Shown: piece after piece, positions 38,443 through 47,844 of the stretch | Layout: the number at the start of each line of letters is the position of its first letter | Position numbering within the stretch: the first letter of the stretch is position 1 | Assembly (NCBI GenBank): GCA_002305585.1 | Contig: DBPN01000046.1 | Coordinates: 32,014-80,694 of the forward strand | DNA from: Eggerthellales bacterium UBA1419 | GTDB taxonomy: Bacteria > Actinomycetota > Coriobacteriia > Coriobacteriales > UBA8131 | DNA: 48,681 bases | Direction of reading: 5' to 3' | The notes under the pieces: generated by a model | Seen by the model: the letters and a program-made list of their open reading frames with translations, nothing else | Told to the model about the DNA's origin: nothing | The model's database searches: none | Program-made: the position numbers and the translations under genes

Positions 38443-38480
38443 GTGGGATAAGGTAATTGCATTGTGGGATGTTGTGGGAT
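38443..38480 (+). promoter_or_regulatory. Putative MraZ operator: three GTGGGAT direct repeats
   Basis: GTGGGAT occurs at 38443-38449, 38464-38470 and 38474-38480, with spacings of 21 and 10 bp. The repeats end 51 bp upstream of the mraZ ATG. In E. coli, MraZ binds helically phased direct TGGGN-type repeats in its own promoter. Confidence 0.6.
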
Positions 38481-38530
38481 AAACTAGGGCAACAGGAATC
38501 AGGAGGCATCAAACACACCAAGGAGGGCAG

Positions 38531-38965
38531 ATGAGAGTTTTCCGCGGCTTCGCCCAACATACGTTGGATGCCAAGGGACGAGTCTCATTGCCCGCCAAAT
38601 ACCGCAAGGTGCTTCCTGAGAATCTTGTGATAGTCCGCTCGCTCGATGATGACTATCGGTCGTTGAGTGTCTTTACTGAGGAAGCTTTCGAGAATTGGCT
38701 CGATTCCCTGTTCGCCCGGGAAGGCGGCTACGACAGTAATGATCTGCATCACGTTGACAAGATGTCCAAATTCCTTGATAAGGCGCAGGATGTCGAGGTC
38801 GATAAAGCGGGCAGGATCAATATCCCCGTTAACCTCCGCGACTATGCCTCTATGGATAAAGACGTGGTCATCGTTGGTGCTAACGACCACATCAAGATCT
38901 GGGATGCCGATACCTATCGAGCATACGATGAGTATCGGGATGCCAACAGCGTCAGTCGACGCTGA
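38531..38965 (+). CDS. mraZ: Transcriptional regulator MraZ
   Basis: The sequence FRGFAQHTLDAKGRVSLPAKYR, a second DKAGRINIP repeat (two SpoVT/AbrB-like halves) and AGGAGGG at 38521-38527 support the call. Confidence 0.95.
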   Translation: MRVFRGFAQHTLDAKGRVSLPAKYRKVLPENLVIVRSLDDDYRSLSVFTEEAFENWLDSLFAREGGYDSNDLHHVDKMSKFLDKAQDVEVDKAGRINIPVNLRDYASMDKDVVIVGANDHIKIWDADTYRAYDEYRDANSVSRR

Positions 38966-38971
38966 CAGAGC

Positions 38972-39949
38972 ATGGGAAGCCGCGACTTGAAAACGGAATA
39001 TCGGCACATACCCGTCCTACTCCATGAGTGCAGGGAGAACCTGGCTCTGAAGGCAGGGGAGACCTATTGTGATTGCACATTGGGTGGAGCAGGACACGCG
39101 ATTGAACTGGCCCATGATATCGAACCCGGTGGGATGCTGATAGGCATCGATCAGGACGAGATGGCCCACAGGGCGGCAGCTGAACGCATGGAGGCAGAGA
39201 TGCCCGATGTGAGGTTCCTACCATTAAGGGGCAACTTCGCACAGCTCGATGAGCTGTTGCTTGCTGCGAAGATACCTGGAGTGGACGCCTTTCTTTTCGA
39301 CTTGGGAGTCAGTTCGCCGCAATTAGACATATCCTCAAGGGGTTTCTCCTACGCACAGGACGCCCCATTGGATATGCGGATGGATCCAGGCAAACAAAAC
39401 CTTACTGCAGCAGAGATCATCAATACCTCAACCGAAGCAGATCTCACCTGGATACTCCGCACATACGGCGAGGAGAAATGGGCTCCACGCATCGCCCAGT
39501 TCATCATCCGTCAGCGCCAGATCGCGCCGGTGACCACCACTACACAGCTTGTTGAGCTGATCAGGGCTGCGATTCCGCAGGGAGCCAGAAAGACTCGGGG
39601 GAACCCTGCGAAACGCACATTCCAGGCACTGAGGATCAAGGTCAACGCTGAGTTGGACGCTCTGGAATCGGGATTAGATGCGGCTATCCGCTGGTTGAAT
39701 CCTGGCGGGAGAATCGCGGTGATCAGCTATCACTCCTTAGAGGATCGGATAGTAAAGGAGAAGTTCGCACAGCTGGCAAAGGGGTGTGTATGTCCACCAG
39801 AGGCACCTTTCTGTGTCTGTGGGCATGAGCCGATACTCACTATTAAGACCAAGCGGCCTTTGGTTGCGGATGAAGAGGAGATCGAGAGAAATCCTCGCAG
39901 CAAGAGCGCAAAACTGAGAGTTGCCCAAAAGACAGATATCGCACGATGA
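38972..39949 (+). CDS. rsmH: 16S rRNA (cytosine1402-N4)-methyltransferase
   Basis: The motifs HIPVLLHE, DCTLGGAGH, DLGVSSPQLD and SYHSLEDR are present. Confidence 0.96.
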   Translation: MGSRDLKTEYRHIPVLLHECRENLALKAGETYCDCTLGGAGHAIELAHDIEPGGMLIGIDQDEMAHRAAAERMEAEMPDVRFLPLRGNFAQLDELLLAAKIPGVDAFLFDLGVSSPQLDISSRGFSYAQDAPLDMRMDPGKQNLTAAEIINTSTEADLTWILRTYGEEKWAPRIAQFIIRQRQIAPVTTTTQLVELIRAAIPQGARKTRGNPAKRTFQALRIKVNAELDALESGLDAAIRWLNPGGRIAVISYHSLEDRIVKEKFAQLAKGCVCPPEAPFCVCGHEPILTIKTKRPLVADEEEIERNPRSKSAKLRVAQKTDIAR

Positions 39950-39979
39950 AACAAAGCTTAAACGGAGCAGGAAACATAG

Positions 39980-40390
39980 ATGGCACAGGCAGCAAGGGCA
40001 TATAGGGGTCAATATCAAACCCAGTGGCAGGAGGCCCCTGACCGGTCTCCACGCTTTACCGTGGTGCCAGGGAAAGCTCGTGACGCCGCCAGTCAACAGG
40101 CACTTTCGCCTCAGGCGCTCTTCCTGTTCAAGATGGTTATAGCGATGGTTGTGTTCGTGTCGCTCGTGGCAGGACTGCGCGTCTGGATAACCACAGCAAC
40201 CATACAGCAACTCATCGATTCACAGAACATCACTCAGTCCATAACTGAAGCCCGTGCCGCAGGCATGGAGCTGGAGGTAAGGTACTCGGTACTGGCAAAT
40301 CCCAATCGTATACAGGAAGTCGCCTCAGAACAACTGGGGATGTCGCCTGCATCGCAGGTAGCCTACCTTGATGCCACTGTAGAAGAGTAA
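39980..40390 (+). CDS. ftsL: FtsL-like bitopic cell division protein
   Basis: The call rests on position between rsmH and ftsI, a single TM (LFLFKMVIAMVVFVSLVAGL) and a following helical region. It is based on context and architecture, not sequence motifs. Confidence 0.55.
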   Translation: MAQAARAYRGQYQTQWQEAPDRSPRFTVVPGKARDAASQQALSPQALFLFKMVIAMVVFVSLVAGLRVWITTATIQQLIDSQNITQSITEARAAGMELEVRYSVLANPNRIQEVASEQLGMSPASQVAYLDATVEE

Positions 40391-40396
40391 TCTGCC

Positions 40397-42214
40397 ATGA
40401 CCCGGCAGGAACCCCATAATCAAGCTGGCACAGCCAGGAAAAGGTCCAACCAGTCCTCATCAAGAACTGACGCTACTCAGGTTTCGAACAGGGACTGGTA
40501 TCTGCTGCTGATCTTCATCGGCTTGGCGCTGATCATCATCATTCGGCTCATCTATCTGCAGGTGATAGTGGCGCCAGAGTATCGCGAACAATCCGCAGCG
40601 CAGCGTACAAGCGAGATAACGGTATCAGCTCGACGTGGGACGATATACGATCGCAACGGTAATCCGCTTGCGACCAGCGTTGACGCGACTACCATCTATG
40701 CGAATCCCAATGAGGTTGAAGATCCAGAAGCCACGGCAACGCTCTTGGCAGAGATAGTTGGTGGCGAATACGAGACCTATTACTCACTTCTGACCCAGAA
40801 TAATACCTTCGTCTATATCCTGCGCAAAGGTGACATCGCGATTGCCGATGCGCTCAAGGCCAAAGAAGCCGAGCTCCAAGGTGAACTCGATGCAAAAGCA
40901 CAGGAGATCAGTCCCACCACCCAGCCCGAATCCAGTGATCTCTTCGGCATCCATTACCTGGATGATTCTCGTCGTGTATATCCCTATGGGCAGATCGGCG
41001 GACAGGTGATCGGCTATGTTGGACTCGATGACAAGGGCCTTTCCGGCTTGGAGCTGATGTATGACAGCATCCTGTCCGGCACCAGTGGTGAATTGATTGT
41101 CGAGCGGGGAAAGGACAATACTCCCTTGCCCGGGGGAGTGCAGAAATTGGTGTCAGCGATTGACGGCCAGGACATCATCGTCTCCATAGATATCGATCTG
41201 CAGCAATATGTCGAGTCCGAACTGGCGCGTGTGGGCAGTGAACGTGAAGCGGATAGTGGCAATGTGGTGGTATTGGACGGGAGTACCGGAGAGATCTATG
41301 CGACAGCATCTCTGCCACTGTATGACCTGAATAACATCGCCGCTGCCGAAGATGATGCCAGCGTGCTTAAGAGTATCTCTACAGCTTATGAGCCCGGCTC
41401 AACATTCAAGGCGGCTATTGCCGCAATCGCCCTGGAGCAGGGTCTGATGGATACCGAGGATGTGATATTCGTCCCGGAGAAACTCGAGATATACGATAAG
41501 ACCATCAAAGATGCCGTTGAACGATCCGATGAGGAGATGAGCCTGCGCACGATAATCGCCAGGTCATCGAATGTCGGTGTATCACTGATAGAACAGAAGC
41601 TCGGTGACGAGACATTCGCTACCTATCTGGAGAGCTTTGGTTTTGGCAAGCCCACGCATGTCGATTTTCCGGGCGAGTCGAGAGGTCGCCTTGCAGATTG
41701 GCAGGGCTGGGATCCTGTCACTGCGGCGAATATCGCCTTTGGCCAGGGTGTCGAGGTCAGCTCACTGCAAATGGCATCGTTCTACGGCGCGATCGAGAAT
41801 GGCGGCATCCTCAACCAACCGCACTTCCTCATCTCGCAGCCCCATTCTGATAGTCTGCCTACATTTGAGAGCGAGCGACTGTTCTCCACTCAGACTGCTG
41901 ATAAACTCACCAGTATGCTAACTTCGGTTGTAACGGACGGGACCGGTACATCTGCCGCCGTCGATGGCTACGGAGTAGCAGGAAAGACAGGTACTGCTCA
42001 AAAGACCACATCGGATGGCGGATATTCTGATTATGAGCACATAGTGTCCTTTGTCGGTTTCTTCACTAGCTCCAAGAGCTCGCTGGTATGTCTGACTTCG
42101 ATGGATAACCCTTTGGGGGCTTTGGGTAACGCTCCCACCGGGCCGTTGTTCTCATCGATCATGGATTTCGCTGCAAATCGTTACATGATCGCTCCCGATG
42201 AACCTATGGAATAA
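40397..42214 (+). CDS. ftsI: Class B penicillin-binding protein (FtsI-type transpeptidase)
   Basis: An N-terminal TM is followed by the transpeptidase triad STFK, SSN and KTGTAQ. The gene is in the dcw position. Confidence 0.9.
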   Translation: MTRQEPHNQAGTARKRSNQSSSRTDATQVSNRDWYLLLIFIGLALIIIIRLIYLQVIVAPEYREQSAAQRTSEITVSARRGTIYDRNGNPLATSVDATTIYANPNEVEDPEATATLLAEIVGGEYETYYSLLTQNNTFVYILRKGDIAIADALKAKEAELQGELDAKAQEISPTTQPESSDLFGIHYLDDSRRVYPYGQIGGQVIGYVGLDDKGLSGLELMYDSILSGTSGELIVERGKDNTPLPGGVQKLVSAIDGQDIIVSIDIDLQQYVESELARVGSEREADSGNVVVLDGSTGEIYATASLPLYDLNNIAAAEDDASVLKSISTAYEPGSTFKAAIAAIALEQGLMDTEDVIFVPEKLEIYDKTIKDAVERSDEEMSLRTIIARSSNVGVSLIEQKLGDETFATYLESFGFGKPTHVDFPGESRGRLADWQGWDPVTAANIAFGQGVEVSSLQMASFYGAIENGGILNQPHFLISQPHSDSLPTFESERLFSTQTADKLTSMLTSVVTDGTGTSAAVDGYGVAGKTGTAQKTTSDGGYSDYEHIVSFVGFFTSSKSSLVCLTSMDNPLGALGNAPTGPLFSSIMDFAANRYMIAPDEPME

Positions 42215-42302
42215 CTTGGTAATTAATCTGGTTGGCTATTTGCTTAAGGATCAATGATGCTATTCTCTGCTAGTTTGAGTAAAAGTGAGGATTTTGGAAT
42301 AT

Positions 42303-43916
42303 ATGGTCTCTAAATCACTGGGCGAGTTGCTCGCTACCATACCCTACAAACTGGTGGGTCCAGCGTCAGATAGACAAGACGTTGCAGCCGAGCAGGTAAG
42401 GGGAATCGCTTATCGCTCCAATTGCGTAGAGCCAGGAGATGCCTTCTTCTGTATCCCAGGGCTTGTGCACGATGGTCATGCTTTCGCTGCCGATGCGCTG
42501 AAACGCGGCGCCTCGTTGTTGGTCACTCAACGACCGCTTGACATCGATGCCACTCAGGTTCAAGTTGACGATACCCGCAAAGCATTGGCATTGGCATCGA
42601 GCGTGTTTTTCGAGCAGCCTTCATCGCAGTTGCAGCTATTGGCCGTCACGGGGACCAACGGCAAGACCACCACCACCTTTCTCGTTGATTGGATCATCCG
42701 TTTCGCCCTTTCTGTCTCAGGTGATGAGAATGCAGAGGATAGAACCGGATTGATTGGTACAGTCGAGACCCGTATTGGCCGAACCAGATTGGACTCACAC
42801 CACACCACGCCGGAAAGCTATGACCTGCAGCAATTGCTGCGCCGAATGCTGGATAGCGGCATTGGATTCGTCACCATGGAGGCTTCGAGCCATGCCATCG
42901 CGCTGGATCGGGTAGCGGGCGTCCACTTCGCTGTCGCCGCATTCACGAACCTTACACAGGATCATCTCGATTTCCATGCCGATATGCAGGAATACTTTGA
43001 GGTCAAGGCGCGGCTGTTCACTTCCGAACTTACGCGCGAACGGGTAATCAACATCGATTCTGAATATGGTCGTGAACTTGTTCGCCGATGTAGTGCCAGT
43101 GGTTATCAGGTGTTGACAACTGGCTTTGCCGAAGAGGCGGATATCAGGGTTTTGCGCTCATACTGCACAGTGCACGGAACCCAGCTGATGATAGCGACTC
43201 CAGAGGGTGAACTGGAACTCAGCTATCCGTTAATCGGAGCATTCAACGTCGAGAATGTCCTGCTCGCGACGGGGATTGCACACATATCAGGTATCGACTA
43301 TGCGACGATTGCCGCCGCCTTGGCACAGGCGCCACAGGTTCCGGGTAGATTGGAGTCGGTGCAATGTCAAAGTGAGATCGCTGACAGCGATACAGTGAAA
43401 AGCAACTCACTTCTTCCACGGGTCTTCGTCGACTATGCCCATACTCCCGACTCTATTGAGAAAGCCCTAGCCGCCATTAACGCCATCAAGACCGCGCGCG
43501 TGGGGATAGTGTTCGGTTGCGGCGGTGACCGCGATCGCGGAAAGCGGCCATTGATGGCGCAGGCCGCCCGCGCAGCTGACTTCGTCATCGTGACCAGTGA
43601 TAATCCACGTTCTGAGCAGCCTCAGGCGATCATCGCTGATATACTTCCCGGTTTGGCGGGCTACACTGCGTATTGCGTTGAGCCAGATAGACGAAAGGCT
43701 ATCGCCTGTGCTTTGCAGAGTGCAGGGCGAGACGACATCATCCTCATCGCTGGCAAGGGTCATGAGGATTATCAGTTGGTTGGTGATAAAGTGTTGGATT
43801 TCGATGACCGTTTGGTCGCAGCAGAGGAACTTGAAGCCCTGTTCTCGCGGCAGCACAATAGCGGATATGAAAATAATGACAACGAGGTTGATAGGATAAA
43901 GGAGTGTGAGTCCTGA
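42303..43916 (+). CDS. murE: UDP-MurNAc-L-Ala-D-Glu--2,6-diaminopimelate ligase
   Basis: The P-loop GTNGKTTT is present, and the DNPR motif (codons 43599-43610) is associated with meso-DAP specificity. I prefer the ATG at 42303, with GAGGA 11 nt upstream. The ORF-track GTG at 42285 is the alternative. Confidence 0.9.
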   Translation: MVSKSLGELLATIPYKLVGPASDRQDVAAEQVRGIAYRSNCVEPGDAFFCIPGLVHDGHAFAADALKRGASLLVTQRPLDIDATQVQVDDTRKALALASSVFFEQPSSQLQLLAVTGTNGKTTTTFLVDWIIRFALSVSGDENAEDRTGLIGTVETRIGRTRLDSHHTTPESYDLQQLLRRMLDSGIGFVTMEASSHAIALDRVAGVHFAVAAFTNLTQDHLDFHADMQEYFEVKARLFTSELTRERVINIDSEYGRELVRRCSASGYQVLTTGFAEEADIRVLRSYCTVHGTQLMIATPEGELELSYPLIGAFNVENVLLATGIAHISGIDYATIAAALAQAPQVPGRLESVQCQSEIADSDTVKSNSLLPRVFVDYAHTPDSIEKALAAINAIKTARVGIVFGCGGDRDRGKRPLMAQAARAADFVIVTSDNPRSEQPQAIIADILPGLAGYTAYCVEPDRRKAIACALQSAGRDDIILIAGKGHEDYQLVGDKVLDFDDRLVAAEELEALFSRQHNSGYENNDNEVDRIKECES

Positions 43917-45343
43917 TGCGTCTTGAACTGCAGCAGATCATCGATTTCACTGCCGCAGCAGTAGAGGTAGAGGCTGTTGACCCCCAGGTGATCATAAACG
44001 ATTTCTCTTGGGACTCACGTGAGGTCACACCGGGTTCGTTGTTCATCGCCTTACCAGGAGAGCGTGTGGATGGCAATGACTTCATCCAGTCGGCTATCGC
44101 AGCCCAAGCCGCGGTTGTCATCGCCACACGTCCGGTGACAGCAGACGAGCATGAGTTAGCGCAAGAGTACGGGACGGCATTGCTTGTAGTTCCCGATGGG
44201 ATAGAGGCACTTTCTGCTTTGGCGGCAGGCTATCGCGGCTTGCTGTTTGCTCAGGTGGTGGGTGTAACCGGCTCCAGTGGAAAGACCACCACGAAAGATC
44301 TGATAGCCACTGTCTTGTCACAGGGTCTCGCTGTGGTATCGACATCCGGCAACCACAACAACGAATATGGCGTGCCCCACACCGTGCTTTGCGCCAATCC
44401 ATCCACACAGGCACTGATCGTCGAGATGGCGATGCGCGGAGCTGGACAGATAGAGGCGCTTTGCGCCATAACCCGTCCGCGTATCGGTGTGATAAGTAAC
44501 ATCGGTGTCGCGCATCTGGAGTTGCTGGGCAGCAAGGAGAATATCGCCCGTGCTAAAGCCGAGCTCATCACGGCATTGCCCAACGATGAGGGTGTCGCTG
44601 TATTGAATGGTGATGATCCGCTCACACCACTGATCCGCGATTCGGCTGAGACTACGCGTAGGGGAGTGAGGGTGTTGCTCTTTGGTCTGGGTGAGCAAAA
44701 CGATATCAGGGCAACGGATATACGCTACAATGATCAGGGTCAGCCCAGCTTCATGCTGTTGATGGAAGGCAGAGAGCCGATTTCCGTCCAGCTCTCACTC
44801 CAGGGTGAGCATAACATCTACAATGCCCTGGCCGCCGCAGCAGTAGGGATGGCAATGGGTATCACAAGCGATGCGATCGCGCATGCTCTGGCTCTGGCCA
44901 AGGGAGCAGCCATGCGTCAGGAAACGGTAATCGCCAACAATGGCACGAGGATAATCAACGATGCCTATAATGCCAATCCAGATTCGATGCGAGCTGCTTT
45001 ACGGTTGCTGGGCAGATTGCCCGGCAACAGGAAGCGCATCGCGGTCTTGGGCGATATGGCGGAGCTTGGTGAGGGCGAATTAGAGTGCCATCGTCAAGTG
45101 GGTGATCAGGTTCCCGCCAATGGTGTCGATATATTGATCACTGTTGGGCACAGGGCAGTGGCGATAGCCGACGGAGCTGTGCAGGCTGGGATGGACAGGG
45201 AAGCGACCATCATCTGCAGGGATGTGGATGAGGCGATAACCGCATTGGAGCCGTACTTGGAGAATCAGCCGATCATCCTGGTGAAGGGATCGCGCTGCAT
45301 GGGCTTGGAGCACGTAGTGGAAGGGGTCGTTGAGCTTTGTTAG
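43916..45343 (+). CDS. murF: UDP-MurNAc-tripeptide--D-alanyl-D-alanine ligase
   Basis: The motifs GSSGKTTTKD and DAYNANPDSM are present, and the ATG overlaps the murE TGA. Confidence 0.93.
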   Translation: MRLELQQIIDFTAAAVEVEAVDPQVIINDFSWDSREVTPGSLFIALPGERVDGNDFIQSAIAAQAAVVIATRPVTADEHELAQEYGTALLVVPDGIEALSALAAGYRGLLFAQVVGVTGSSGKTTTKDLIATVLSQGLAVVSTSGNHNNEYGVPHTVLCANPSTQALIVEMAMRGAGQIEALCAITRPRIGVISNIGVAHLELLGSKENIARAKAELITALPNDEGVAVLNGDDPLTPLIRDSAETTRRGVRVLLFGLGEQNDIRATDIRYNDQGQPSFMLLMEGREPISVQLSLQGEHNIYNALAAAAVGMAMGITSDAIAHALALAKGAAMRQETVIANNGTRIINDAYNANPDSMRAALRLLGRLPGNRKRIAVLGDMAELGEGELECHRQVGDQVPANGVDILITVGHRAVAIADGAVQAGMDREATIICRDVDEAITALEPYLENQPIILVKGSRCMGLEHVVEGVVELC

Positions 45344-46386
45344 GATTGCAGGCATATCCGACCTTCCAGGTCTTCCTTTCCATCTTCATCTCCATGGCCT
45401 TGACTATGATCCTGTTACCGATGTGGATTCGCCTGCTCAAGGTGCGGCAGATCGGTCAACAGATTCGTGCCGATGGTCCCCAGCGTCACAAGGTCAAGCA
45501 GGGTACGCCGACGATGGGTGGCGTCATCATCCTGATAGCGGTACTGGTGACCGTGGCGCTACTTGGACGCACTGCCCCAATCTCGGACATACTGCCTTTA
45601 CTGTTGGTATCCATCGTTACCTTCCTCACAGGGCTGATGGGTTTAGTCGACGACCTCTCAAAGGTTGTCAAGGAACGTTCACTCGGCTTGAGGCCAAACG
45701 CCAAGATGGCCTGTCTGACGCTGATCTCGGTGTTCTTCTGCCTGGCTGCAGTCAACCTGGTCCATATCGAACCGGTGATCGATATCCCTTTCCTTGCGAC
45801 TATCGACTTGGGTGTATTCACTTCGGTTATCGACTTCGGAGACCTTCAACTTGAGATACCGTGGCTCTATCTGCTCTTTGTCTTCCTGTTGATGGCGGGA
45901 TTGTCTAATGCCGTCAACCTTACGGATGGATTGGACGGACTTGCCGGCGGCACTGTGATGATCGCTATGGTGGTGATGGCTGCGATCGCCTACCGCGATG
46001 ACCAGCTCAACCTCGCTTTGTTCGCAGCGGCAGTAACGGGGGCCTGCGTCGGTTTCCTTTGGTTCAACGCCCATCCGGCGGGGATCTTCATGGGAGACAC
46101 CGGCTCTTTGGCCTTGGGCGCGGCGTTTGCGGCACTGGCAGTGCTGACCAAGACCGAGGTGGTGTCACTGGTTGTTGGCGGCATCTTTGTGATGGAGGCG
46201 CTTAGCGTTATCATCCAGGTGGCATATTTCAAACTCACCGGCAAACGGGTATTCCTCATGGCACCGTTCCATCATCACTTCGAGCAGAAAGGCTGGTCAG
46301 AGACCAAAGTGGTCATCCGCTTCTGGATTATCACCGCCTTACTGGCCTGCATCGGTTTCGCCTTGTTCTTCAGTCAGAGCGTTTAG
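45337..46386 (+). CDS. mraY: Phospho-N-acetylmuramoyl-pentapeptide transferase
   Basis: The motifs KQGTPTMGG, NAVNLTDGLDGLAGG (45907-45951), GDTGSLALG and PFHHHFE are present. The TTG start overlaps murF by 7 nt. The alternative ATG at 45394 would truncate TM1. Confidence 0.95.
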   Translation: MLGLQAYPTFQVFLSIFISMALTMILLPMWIRLLKVRQIGQQIRADGPQRHKVKQGTPTMGGVIILIAVLVTVALLGRTAPISDILPLLLVSIVTFLTGLMGLVDDLSKVVKERSLGLRPNAKMACLTLISVFFCLAAVNLVHIEPVIDIPFLATIDLGVFTSVIDFGDLQLEIPWLYLLFVFLLMAGLSNAVNLTDGLDGLAGGTVMIAMVVMAAIAYRDDQLNLALFAAAVTGACVGFLWFNAHPAGIFMGDTGSLALGAAFAALAVLTKTEVVSLVVGGIFVMEALSVIIQVAYFKLTGKRVFLMAPFHHHFEQKGWSETKVVIRFWIITALLACIGFALFFSQSV

Positions 46387-46388
46387 GA

Positions 46389-47840
46389 ATGATGGTGGAC
46401 GATTTGCCGCATCTGGGTTCTATCTGCATCGTGGGCGTTGGTAGCACGGGAACAGCCGTGCTGTCTTACTGCATTGAGCTCTTGCAGGACAGCGAACCTC
46501 GAGTCGATTCGATTTCCGTCTACCCGGGTGATGCGATGGCTCCTGAGGTGGATCTGGATCCGCGGATCAGCATCTATCCTGCTGGTCAGCCGATTGACGG
46601 CACATACGACCTGACGATCATCAGCCCCGGCATCCCACTACATAGCGAACTGTATCGCAGCGCGCAGCGGTGTTCACAAGAGGTTATCAGCGAGCCGGAA
46701 TTCGCGTTCCGTGAATCGCCCCGGCGCTGGGCCGCCGTCACTGGTACCAATGGGAAGACAACTACCACAGCGCTGCTCACACACCTGCTCAATCAAGGCA
46801 ATATCAAAGCCAGGTCCTGCGGAAACATCGGCACACCCTGCATCGAGGCCATAAGACAACGTGAGGATGACGAATGGCTCGTTGTCGAACTCTCATCATA
46901 TCAACTGGCTTCAACGTCTCAGCTGGCTCCTGAGGTAGCGATTCTACTGAACATCACACCGGATCACATAGCGTGGCACGGATCATATACAGAATACGTT
47001 AAAGCCAAGCAGGCGTTGTTTTCCTGTATGGCACCCGATGCACCGCTCATAGTCGACGCGACCAATGCCGAGACAGCGCGGATCCTCCAAGAAATCGAGC
47101 AATCAGGGATGCGTGTCATCGCGCTTGGTGGCAGCAGCGGTCTGGATGAGGATACGACCAAGTCATGCACACCGCGTGAAGCAGCCTTCCTTCAGGGCGA
47201 GGACTCTCTGCTCATCGTTGTGCTCGATGATGTTTGCCATGTTCTCGTCCCGGCAACGGAGCTGCAGATCAAGGGAGAGCATAATCAGCTCAATGCCTTA
47301 GCGGCTGCGACAGCGGCGTTGTCCATCGGTGTCGATTCGCAGGCTTTGCGTGTGGGATTGAGATCTTTTATGCCACTTGAACATCGTATCGAACCCTGTG
47401 GAGTGATCGCTGGCAGGGCATTCTACAACGACTCAAAGGCGACGAATCCCGAGGCGACCATCAAGGCGCTCAGCGCTTTCATGGATCAACCTGTGATCTT
47501 GATGCTGGGCGGTCGCGACAAGGGTACCGACCTTAGCGATCTGGTGTCGTCGTGCAAGAGGAGCTGTCGAGCTGTCATCTGTTATGGTGAGTCTCGTGAG
47601 CGCTTCTTCTCTGAATTCCAGGCTGCGCAATGTGACGGGCAGCCGGGATTCCGCTTGCTGAAAGTAGAATCCTTCCGTCAGGCTTTCAAGGTCGCCTGTG
47701 AGTCGGCACAACCTGGTGATGCCGTATTGCTGTCACCAGCTTGCGCTTCATTTGATGAATTCAACTGCTTCGAGCAACGCGGAGAGGTCTTCAAATCCCT
47801 CGTCGAAGAATGGGGATCTTCGGATGGCCAGGGAGAATAA
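46389..47840 (+). CDS. murD: UDP-MurNAc-L-alanine--D-glutamate ligase
   Basis: The motifs GTNGKTTT, NITPDHIAWHG and DSKATNPEA are present. Confidence 0.93.
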   Translation: MMVDDLPHLGSICIVGVGSTGTAVLSYCIELLQDSEPRVDSISVYPGDAMAPEVDLDPRISIYPAGQPIDGTYDLTIISPGIPLHSELYRSAQRCSQEVISEPEFAFRESPRRWAAVTGTNGKTTTTALLTHLLNQGNIKARSCGNIGTPCIEAIRQREDDEWLVVELSSYQLASTSQLAPEVAILLNITPDHIAWHGSYTEYVKAKQALFSCMAPDAPLIVDATNAETARILQEIEQSGMRVIALGGSSGLDEDTTKSCTPREAAFLQGEDSLLIVVLDDVCHVLVPATELQIKGEHNQLNALAAATAALSIGVDSQALRVGLRSFMPLEHRIEPCGVIAGRAFYNDSKATNPEATIKALSAFMDQPVILMLGGRDKGTDLSDLVSSCKRSCRAVICYGESRERFFSEFQAAQCDGQPGFRLLKVESFRQAFKVACESAQPGDAVLLSPACASFDEFNCFEQRGEVFKSLVEEWGSSDGQGE

Positions 47841-47844
47841 GCGC

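Noticed and set aside
38443-38480. GTGGGATAA read on the other strand as TTATCCCAC, resembling DnaA boxes (TTATCCACA) and hence a possible oriC
   Set aside because: Each copy has an extra C relative to the 9-mer consensus. There is no dnaA or dnaN, and no AT-rich unwinding element nearby. The position immediately upstream of mraZ is better explained by MraZ operator repeats.
42215-42302. An AT-rich 70-bp gap between ftsI and murE with TTGCTT and TGcTATTCT, considered as an internal dcw promoter
   Set aside because: The spacing between the -35-like and -10-like elements is 15 bp, which is suboptimal, and the match is weak. It is plausible but not supportable without transcription start site data.
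45330-45854. A 174-aa + strand ORF overlapping the 5' half of mraY in another frame
   Set aside because: The mraY frame carries every canonical MraY motif. The alternative frame is rich in R/G/P/H and has no recognisable features.
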